From the NCBI GenBank assembly GCA_001029695.1, contig CP011211.1:660001-692000 (forward strand): 32,000 nucleotides of DNA. The letters run 5' to 3'. Position numbers and translations under genes: made by a program. The notes beneath the pieces were generated by a model, which worked only from the letters and a program-made list of their open reading frames with translations, was not told where the DNA came from and did no database searches. Shown one piece after another: positions 26,110 through 32,000 of the stretch. Position 1 is the first letter of the stretch; each line of letters opens with the position of its first letter. Origin of the DNA: Candidatus Saccharimonadota bacterium (lineage in GTDB: Bacteria > Patescibacteriota > Saccharimonadia > Saccharimonadales > Saccharimonadaceae).

Positions 26110-28194
26110 TTAAGGTCCATTCGGTGTTGGTGGAGGTGTTGGCGGACCTTGCCGCCTGCTTGACGGTATTGCTCTAGAGTCGAGCGTATTTAAACTATGG
26201 CCGTCGGCGATGTGCTGGATAATAGCTCGTTGATTTCCTCCGATATCTTCTTTACTGCTAATCTTGAGGATTTCTTGAGCCGTAGTTTCATCCAGCGCTC
26301 CTGTTGCTGCTGCGTTGTACATAGACTCGTGTGTTTGCGTAGCCATTTGTTTGTAGGATAGGCCACTAAACGCTTCGGATCTAATACTATTAGGCATAGT
26401 CTGTCCTGCAGGGGTGGATCCTCCTGTCGAGCCGCTAGCTGCCCAGTTGGCGATAGTGCCACTCTTCTCTTTGATCGAGCCATGTTGCTCTAATGTATGC
26501 TGCTTGAGGGCGCGAACGACGTCAGCAGTTGAATTAGCGTTGACAGAGTCTTTAGACATGACTGCTTCAAATGTATCCACACCCTTTCCTCCCGATCCGA
26601 GCAAGATATTTTCAGCAGCCTTTGCAGCAGTTTCATTTCCGCTTTTAATGGCGTTTTCTAGTAGCTGCGCTACATGATCGATGTTACCACGAGTTTGAAG
26701 TCGCATTTCCGCTTCACTATCCTTGACTTGTTGATTTGTGTTTGACGACGCAACATTAACAGCTTGCCGCTGCACTGCCGACTGTTGAGCCTGTATACTC
26801 TTTGTTTGAAGGCTTTGTGGTAGGGCGCCTGTAATTCCGCCAGACATAGCTTTTCGAGCTCTCCCTCGGAAAGATTTATCTGTCCCGATGACACCTTGCG
26901 CATAGCGGTTATCCTTAAATTGTTGCTTACCAACCTTCCTAGCTGCCATACCTCGAGCGAGTGCTGTGTTTTCAAACTTACCTTGCGCACCCTTGCCAAG
27001 ACCACCGCTTCCGCGCTGTACTCCCTGTGCGATCTTGCCACCAATAGCACCAGCGGCTGCTAGCGCACCCTTCATAACCGCAAATACGGCTAGTAATGGT
27101 GCGACTGCAACTCCAGCTGCAACAAGCGCTAGCATAATCCCTGGACCTTGACCATCTTCACAAGGCACGTCTTGTGACGCAGATGTATCGAGAACTACAC
27201 ATGGCTCGCCCTCCACCCTATATGCCGCCTCTTTATAGTTGCTTGCTGATTGCCCTGAGGCAAGTATAATTGCACTAGCGAGTTGCCCGCCACCCATAAG
27301 CATTGCGACGATAGGAAATACCATTAGTAGCTTCCAGAACATACTAAGCCATTTACTAAACAGTTTCTCTGTGTTTGGCAGTAGGTATGCTACGAAAGCT
27401 AGCGGTGATACAACAACGAGTAGGATGATGAACGTCTTGCGAAGTAGGAGAATGATAATAATGGCGATACAAGTAGCCACAATGAGCCCTACCATTCCTA
27501 TTAGTGGCCCTAAGAGCATCCATATGGCAGTTGCCGCTAGAGCGGCGGTTGCAATTGAGCCAAGTAAGCTAACATCGGTGACGTTCGGTGTGCCGGGTGT
27601 TTGTACAGGCATGACTGACTGACTAAATACAGTATGAGATAAACCGACTAACCAATCCATTATTGCGTATCCTAGTGTATTTGAAAGGTCGACCATAAGC
27701 TGACATATAATAAAAGAAAGGTTCATGGCGATAGCAATTATAATAAGTCGCGGCATCATACGTTTTATGCCGTAGTTACTAAGACCCATACTTGTTATTT
27801 GTGAATAAATAACAATAATAAACACAATAATAAAGATAACGTTAGCCGTATTCCGGGCTAATTCCCATGCTGTTTTTGTGCCATTTCCCGGATTATCACT
27901 AATTAACTGAGGTTCTGTTTGTAAAAAATTATCTGCGAGAAATGCAAATAGTTTATCACCGACAAATGCTGCACTTTCAACAATAGGACAAACGATCCAC
28001 CCTACTTTTTCAACGGCACAGGTGGTACCGTCTTCGTTTTTAGGAACAGTTTCATTAGTTGGAGGAGACTGTGAGTTATCAGTACTTGTCGGTTGTGCTA
28101 ATGCCTGAGGTGCTAATGCTGTAAACAGGGTGCATATAAATAAGAATGCTGTAAGAGCAAAAATAACCTTATTTCTATTAAGTAGGTTGAACAT
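26110..28194 (-). CDS. VirB6/TrbL-like polytopic T4SS membrane protein with long soluble C-terminal region
   Basis: I prefer ATG at 28194, giving the signal peptide MFNLLNRNKVIFALTAFLFICTLFTALAPQALA. The 11 extra residues from the track start at 28227 are encoded by a hairpin arm and loop. About 6-7 TM helices occupy the first ~400 aa. They are followed by a ~300-aa polar region ending in GPPTPPPTPNGP. Its size, topology and position in a T4SS operon fit VirB6/ConG/TrbL analogues. Confidence 0.6.
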   Translation of the reverse strand: MFNLLNRNKVIFALTAFLFICTLFTALAPQALAQPTSTDNSQSPPTNETVPKNEDGTTCAVEKVGWIVCPIVESAAFVGDKLFAFLADNFLQTEPQLISDNPGNGTKTAWELARNTANVIFIIVFIIVIYSQITSMGLSNYGIKRMMPRLIIIAIAMNLSFIICQLMVDLSNTLGYAIMDWLVGLSHTVFSQSVMPVQTPGTPNVTDVSLLGSIATAALAATAIWMLLGPLIGMVGLIVATCIAIIIILLLRKTFIILLVVVSPLAFVAYLLPNTEKLFSKWLSMFWKLLMVFPIVAMLMGGGQLASAIILASGQSASNYKEAAYRVEGEPCVVLDTSASQDVPCEDGQGPGIMLALVAAGVAVAPLLAVFAVMKGALAAAGAIGGKIAQGVQRGSGGLGKGAQGKFENTALARGMAARKVGKQQFKDNRYAQGVIGTDKSFRGRARKAMSGGITGALPQSLQTKSIQAQQSAVQRQAVNVASSNTNQQVKDSEAEMRLQTRGNIDHVAQLLENAIKSGNETAAKAAENILLGSGGKGVDTFEAVMSKDSVNANSTADVVRALKQHTLEQHGSIKEKSGTIANWAASGSTGGSTPAGQTMPNSIRSEAFSGLSYKQMATQTHESMYNAAATGALDETTAQEILKISSKEDIGGNQRAIIQHIADGHSLNTLDSRAIPSSRRQGPPTPPPTPNGP

Positions 28195-28205
28195 GTCTAT
28201 ATCTA

Positions 28206-28251
28206 AAGATACCTTAAGCACTACCATACTTCAATATGCTTAAGGTATCTT
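28206..28251 (-). promoter_or_regulatory. Perfect 15-bp stem / 16-nt loop hairpin in the gap between operon genes 1 and 2
   Basis: AAGATACCTTAAGCA (28206-28220) is the exact reverse complement of TGCTTAAGGTATCTT (28237-28251). The loop is 28221-28236. No U-tract follows on either strand, so it is not a classical terminator. Confidence 0.6.
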
Positions 28252-28265
28252 AATGATTTACTAGA

Positions 28266-29297
28266 CTAGTTCGCAGTTGTGATAGATTCGATAGCTGAGC
28301 GTACTTTTGGATCACTTGGGTCATATGCTGTTTTTAATGACCATACATCATTTCCGTTGTCGGTCTTCTGAAGCTCGTAAAGAGATAAGAAGGCCTTACC
28401 ATCTTCGACACCGCGTCCAAGTATTACTTCAGCGCCAGCATCACCTATATTTTCACCCATGAAGCTCTGATTTTTTATTCTTGGGTAGTCGATTGGCGAT
28501 GCTTCATAAACTGAAATGATTCCACCTTGTCCATTACCAATCCTATTGGCTAATTTATCAAACCCCGAGTTTTGTGGATCTAGAATTACAGACAAAAGTT
28601 TGCGTCCACGTTCAATTTCTTGCGCTGAACTTCCTTGAGCAGATGCATCGTAAAGATTAATTGAGTAGCTATTAAGTATGTCTTGATCTGTATACGAAGA
28701 CTTATCTTCTGGAAGTGGCTGATTAACTAATCTTGCCTGTTCTGGCGATAAGTGTTTTTGCATGAAAGCTAGTGAGTCAGCGCTCCATTCATCTAACTTT
28801 CCCGCAAAGTGATCGACTCTAGTATGTGTGTCTAACTCACGAAAATTTGTAAGACTCATATTGTCGAGTGCTTCAGAGGTGTACTCAATTGGAGCAACAG
28901 TCTCAGGTGCGTATCCGGGGACAAGCGGCGCGGAGATGTCACGGTCGCCACTACCATTTTTCAGGTCATTAATCATGGCTGCACCGTCCATTATGTTCTT
29001 GCCTACTATACCTGCACCTATTAAAGATGTAAGAGTGAGGCTACCTATAATGACTTTAGCTTTGGTGCTGAGTCCTCTTTTTTCGTTACGATCAATTGGA
29101 TCAATTTCTTCACGGTGGCGTGTATTTGGAGCGGTTCCGGGGCCGTACTGAGATGTTCCTGCACCCTCAATATACACAGGTGGCTGATTGGGCATGTCAT
29201 TTAATGAATTAGGAGTGGTAACTCCGTGTGCTTGCTCAATATCGGTTTGTTCTTCTTTTGGAGCTTGGGCTTTTCGATGATAGTTCTCTATCGACAT
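28266..29297 (-). CDS. Bitopic membrane protein, first gene of the T4SS-like operon (possible VirB8/TcpC-type scaffold, unassigned)
   Basis: 343 aa. A ~80-aa polar N-terminus, one TM (VIIGSLTLTSLIGAGIVG) and a ~240-aa C-terminal domain. RBS AAAGGA lies upstream of the ATG. The VirB8-like idea rests only on topology and position. Confidence 0.55.
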   Translation of the reverse strand: MSIENYHRKAQAPKEEQTDIEQAHGVTTPNSLNDMPNQPPVYIEGAGTSQYGPGTAPNTRHREEIDPIDRNEKRGLSTKAKVIIGSLTLTSLIGAGIVGKNIMDGAAMINDLKNGSGDRDISAPLVPGYAPETVAPIEYTSEALDNMSLTNFRELDTHTRVDHFAGKLDEWSADSLAFMQKHLSPEQARLVNQPLPEDKSSYTDQDILNSYSINLYDASAQGSSAQEIERGRKLLSVILDPQNSGFDKLANRIGNGQGGIISVYEASPIDYPRIKNQSFMGENIGDAGAEVILGRGVEDGKAFLSLYELQKTDNGNDVWSLKTAYDPSDPKVRSAIESITTAN

Positions 29298-29349
29298 AGC
29301 GCTTGGTCCTTTGTCACTAGGGACGGTTATACTTTCTCTATATTAAGAT

Positions 29350-29378
29350 ATTATACACTAAATTTGTAAAGTATGCAA
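29350..29378 (-). promoter_or_regulatory. Candidate sigma-70-type promoter of the T4SS-like operon
   Basis: The minus strand reads TTGCAT (29373-29378), a 17-nt spacer, then TATAAT (29350-29355). It lies ~50 nt upstream of ATG 29297 and directly downstream of the terminator hairpin of the preceding gene. Confidence 0.55.
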
Positions 29379-29409
29379 TAGATTGTGTGAAAAATAGCTT
29401 AAAGAAAGT

Positions 29410-29439
29410 AAATTCACCTCTGTTGATTGAGGTGAATTT
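29410..29439 (-). terminator. Intrinsic terminator candidate for the esterase gene
   Basis: An 11-bp stem, AAATTCACCTC / GAGGTGAATTT, with an 8-nt loop. On the minus strand it is followed by ACTTTCTTT. It lies 24 nt downstream of the stop at 29463. Confidence 0.6.
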
Positions 29440-29462
29440 TAACATAAGAATTGTATGAAAAA

Positions 29463-30875
29463 CTATGGTTGAAGGAGCTGATCAAGCCAATCGAGGCTAG
29501 GTTTTACAACTTCTTCTCGGTAATCGAGATGGAAGTTTCCTGGTAGTATGAGCGCGTCTGAGCGAGTACCCATACTGCGGAGTTTATCGCGCATCTGGTA
29601 GGCTTGATCAGGTCCGACAAGTTCATCATCTTGATAGCCTACAAGAAGCATCGGTGGAGTGAGTGGACTGGCGTTGAGTGCTGGAGAAACGCTACTGATA
29701 TTGTCCATACAAGTAAGGAACTTGTCTGCAGCGAGTCGACGGACGTTTTCACTGAGTTCTTTTTTGCCATTTTCATCTTGAAGTTTTTTGGCGATCTCAC
29801 CCGCACTGACAGCGGTGTCGGATGCTTGGTTTGCGAGTTCGAGAACACCAACAACTGTCTTGAGGTTTTCTGGCTGAACACCAGTTTCATAGACGGATGA
29901 TCTGGTACCGTCGTCGGTGCTCGCCTCCCCGTTTATCTGTTTGACTACGTCGCTGATTCCCTCTACGTCTGTTGGGAAGCAAGTTGAGTGATCCATACCA
30001 ATAGCGAATGATTTGTAGCTACGAAATAGCGCCGTATAGCCATTTGTCGGTGCTGACCAGCCAATTGCTGCTTTTGCCCCTGACTTACCTGTGCCCGCTG
30101 CGCGTACTGTGAGGCTACCGCCTGCGCTGTCACCCCATATAGCGACGCGTGATGGATCTATTTTGTACATACCTGCGTTATTGATCACGTGTCGGATACC
30201 GCGCATAACGTCATCGAGCTGATAATAGACACCGCTTGGACCAAGTCGGTATGTAAGTGAGAAGAATGCGTAGCCTCGAGCAGTAGCGCTTGGCTGAAGT
30301 TTTTCAGCAGCTCCGTCGTTTACTCGCCAACCACCACCATGAATGTAGATAATAGCTGGTGCGCCATCGCCTGCTTGGTTGACTCCTATACGCTGGTAGT
30401 CACCTTTTCCATTTACGTACTCGCCGTACTTATTGTCAGGTACTTGGTCAGGATTCTTTTTTGGCTCTTTTGATTCGCGCTCTTGGCGTTCAGCAAAAGA
30501 TTCGAGAGCTTCTCGTGCTTCTTTTTCTTTTTGCTCCTTTGTTTTTTCATCCGGAGTTGTCGGTGTCGTTGGGGTCGTCGGTGTTGTCGGAGTGTTCGTA
30601 GCCTTTTCTTCGGCAACTGCCGCTTCGAGACAGATCGTCTCGTGCGCCTCATTGTGTGTCTCGAGCCAGCCATCACACGCCTTTCCTGCCCAACCGTCTG
30701 TACAGGCGAGTTTTTCGCTTTTTACTGTAAACTTACTACAGTATTCACCTACAGTTGAAGCTTCTGCTTGCACTTTTGGTGTAATAGCAAAAGGAGCGAT
30801 TGCGGTTATGAGGGCGACGAGGGCCATAAATGTCAGTGTTGAAAATGATTTCTGAGACTTTGTTTGTATCTTCAT
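29463..30875 (-). CDS. Secreted alpha/beta-hydrolase esterase/lipase (HGGG + GDSAG type)
   Basis: I prefer ATG at 30875 (signal peptide MKIQTKSQKSFSTLTFMALVALITAIAPFAITPKVQA) over the GTG at 30932. The oxyanion motif is IYIHGGGW and the nucleophile elbow is GDSAGGS. Candidate Asp and His lie near the C-terminus (YQDDELV, GNFHLDY). A Cys-rich N-terminal module and a TPTTP/charged linker precede the catalytic domain. Confidence 0.8.
   Translation of the reverse strand: MKIQTKSQKSFSTLTFMALVALITAIAPFAITPKVQAEASTVGEYCSKFTVKSEKLACTDGWAGKACDGWLETHNEAHETICLEAAVAEEKATNTPTTPTTPTTPTTPDEKTKEQKEKEAREALESFAERQERESKEPKKNPDQVPDNKYGEYVNGKGDYQRIGVNQAGDGAPAIIYIHGGGWRVNDGAAEKLQPSATARGYAFFSLTYRLGPSGVYYQLDDVMRGIRHVINNAGMYKIDPSRVAIWGDSAGGSLTVRAAGTGKSGAKAAIGWSAPTNGYTALFRSYKSFAIGMDHSTCFPTDVEGISDVVKQINGEASTDDGTRSSVYETGVQPENLKTVVGVLELANQASDTAVSAGEIAKKLQDENGKKELSENVRRLAADKFLTCMDNISSVSPALNASPLTPPMLLVGYQDDELVGPDQAYQMRDKLRSMGTRSDALILPGNFHLDYREEVVKPSLDWLDQLLQP
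30552..30593 (-). repeat. Coding tandem repeat (TPT)n linker
   Basis: 42 nt of imperfect 9-nt units encode TPTTPTTPTTPTTP within the esterase. They also appear as VVGVVGVVGVVGV in the antisense shadow ORF. Confidence 0.8.
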
Positions 30876-30953
30876 AGTTATGTACAGAATACCATTAGTA
30901 CTTATATAAGGACAAGCATAATACACGCGCACCTCTAGGTCTACGCATGATGC

Positions 30954-30982
30954 TTATGGTAGTGTATACTCGTACATATAAT
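30954..30982 (+). promoter_or_regulatory. Weak candidate promoter for 31000-31668
   Basis: TTATGG-17 nt-TATAAT, with the -10 at 30977-30982. AAGGAA RBS at 30989-30994. The -35 is poor. Confidence 0.3.
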
Positions 30983-30999
30983 CTAGCTAAGGAAATTAC

Positions 31000-31668
31000 A
31001 TGGCAGGCGCAAAAAAGAAACAACAAAGCACTAGTAAGCGTACAGCTACGCGAAAAAAGACTTCTCTTCTTCGGAGTGATAGTTTTCGTAAAAAAGCAGT
31101 TCTTCTACTTATTGTCTTGATTGCCGTAGGTGCTATAGTCGTCTTTACATGGGTACTTCCGAAGTACAATGGCGCCAAGAGCGGTGTTGGCGCTGACGGT
31201 TTTAGTGTGTACGAAATGAAAGGCGCTGATCTTGGCGTAGCGAACAGTGTCTCAAAGGAAGATGTGCAGCGCATTCTTGGGGATCAAGTAAAGAGTGTGT
31301 CAGATGTGAAAAAATCTGGTGTGATCAACCTTAACGGTGCAAAAGGTCAGACAGCTACCTTCCCTATCGTTACCAAAGGAGATCAACAAGCGAGTTTTTA
31401 TGTTGATGTGCTTGAATACAAAAATGTCGCAGCCCTCGAAGACTCTGGCGTCACTAAGGGTACTGTCTCTGCAGGGAGAATCAATGACTCACCTGCGTAT
31501 TATATGAAATCAAATAAGCTTGGCGACCAACGAGAGACGACACTGCTCGTATCAAAAGGTTCTAAGTCATACAAATTCGTGATAGCCCAGCCGCGACAGA
31601 ATATTACCATCTCGGAGGCGGAAGGTCTCGAAAAGCTAATTGAGATTGCAAAGACTGCAAAGCTTTAA
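31000..31668 (+). CDS. Membrane-anchored hypothetical protein
   Basis: 222 aa. A Lys/Arg-rich N-terminus, one TM (AVLLLIVLIAVGAIVVFTWVL) and a ~170-aa exported domain. It has a good RBS. No family recognised. Confidence 0.6.
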   Translation: MAGAKKKQQSTSKRTATRKKTSLLRSDSFRKKAVLLLIVLIAVGAIVVFTWVLPKYNGAKSGVGADGFSVYEMKGADLGVANSVSKEDVQRILGDQVKSVSDVKKSGVINLNGAKGQTATFPIVTKGDQQASFYVDVLEYKNVAALEDSGVTKGTVSAGRINDSPAYYMKSNKLGDQRETTLLVSKGSKSYKFVIAQPRQNITISEAEGLEKLIEIAKTAKL

Positions 31669-31713
31669 GATATTCGCCGATCTTTCGTTGACTCGGTGTA
31701 GCACAGATTTTTA

Positions 31714-31744
31714 CTAAATATAGCTCCTAGGGAGCTATATTTAG
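31714..31744. terminator. Palindromic hairpin, likely bidirectional terminator between convergent genes
   Basis: CTAAATATAGCTCC (31714-31727) and GGAGCTATATTTAG (31731-31744) form a perfect 14-bp stem with a 3-nt loop. It lies between the stop at 31668 (+) and the stop at 31791 (-). A/T runs flank it on both sides. Confidence 0.6.
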
Positions 31745-31790
31745 ATTCCTCAACTGCGAAATAAAAGAGTGTAGTGGTTCTGCTGTATGT

Positions 31791-32000
31791 TTACTTCGGT
31801 TCAATAAATGTACGTTGAGATGAGATATATAGGATGTCGTTGTTCTGATAGAAGCTGTCTTGCGCTTCCCGCTCTCGATCAGTCATGGTGCAATCTTCAA
31901 TATTTGCGTATGAGCCATCAACTGAACACATCATTGTGTAGGCGCGAAAATTATTCATCATTTCACTCTCTTCGAGACACTTCTTGCCTGTATACCAGTC
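31791..32000 (-). CDS. Hypothetical protein, C-terminal part (ORF open to the window edge)
   Basis: The minus frame is open from 32000 to TAA at 31791-31793. It translates to DWYTGKKCLEESEMMNNFRAYTMMCSVDGSYANIEDCTMTDREREAQDSFYQNNDILYISSQRTFIEPK. It is not in the ORF track (no start in the window) and matches no family I recognise. Confidence 0.4.
   Translation of the reverse strand, partial: DWYTGKKCLEESEMMNNFRAYTMMCSVDGSYANIEDCTMTDREREAQDSFYQNNDILYISSQRTFIEPK

Noticed and set aside
10444-29378. Interpreting the T4SS locus as an integrative conjugative element or prophage remnant
   Set aside because: No integrase, relaxase, coupling ATPase, replication or partition genes, tRNA attachment site or flanking direct repeats are visible. 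The left border abuts recF with overlapping stops. This cannot be fully excluded, because the sequence right of 32000 is unseen.
30433-30855. A 140-aa plus-strand ORF with a VVGVVGVVGVVGV repeat
   Set aside because: It is the reverse-strand shadow of the esterase TPTTP linker. The esterase frame carries the catalytic motifs.
1-32000. Alternative genetic code (UGA recoding) and CRISPR/tRNA/rRNA content
   Set aside because: TGA terminates well-conserved genes at their expected lengths (sucD at 1020-1022, the 539-aa gene at 15885-15887). Scanning by eye found no repeat-spacer arrays, cloverleaf-like segments or rRNA-like stretches. The only tandem repeat is the coding TPTTP linker.

Overview
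This window looks like the replication-origin neighbourhood of a small, monoderm-style bacterial chromosome. It uses the standard code, since TGA serves as a stop. The left third is housekeeping. It holds the sucC 3' end and sucD, an orphan ParA-like ATPase and a GT2+GT4 glycosyltransferase pair. Next comes the classic rpmH-rnpA-yidC-jag operon (minus strand) diverging from dnaA-dnaN-recF (plus strand), with DnaA-box clusters on both sides of dnaA (bipartite oriC). From 10444 to about 29378 there is one tightly packed 13-gene minus-strand operon, convergent with recF. It encodes a Gram-positive-type type IV secretion core: a VirB4 ATPase, a PrgI/VirB3-like protein and a VirB6/TrbL-like polytopic protein. 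It also carries a duplicated cassette of ~980-aa membrane proteins ending in M23 peptidase domains. Each of these is translationally coupled to a two-domain lysozyme-like cell-wall hydrolase whose second domain is NlpC/P60-type or LAS/M15-type. No relaxase, coupling ATPase, integrase, tRNA or flanking repeats are visible. It therefore reads as a chromosomal, probably non-conjugative T4SS-like apparatus with an unusually large peptidoglycan-cutting arsenal. The gene content and style fit Patescibacteria/Saccharibacteria-like epibionts, but that is inference only. The right end holds a separately transcribed secreted alpha/beta-hydrolase esterase, a membrane-anchored hypothetical protein, a palindromic bidirectional terminator and a partial ORF. 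No rRNA, tRNA, CRISPR array or transposase was seen.
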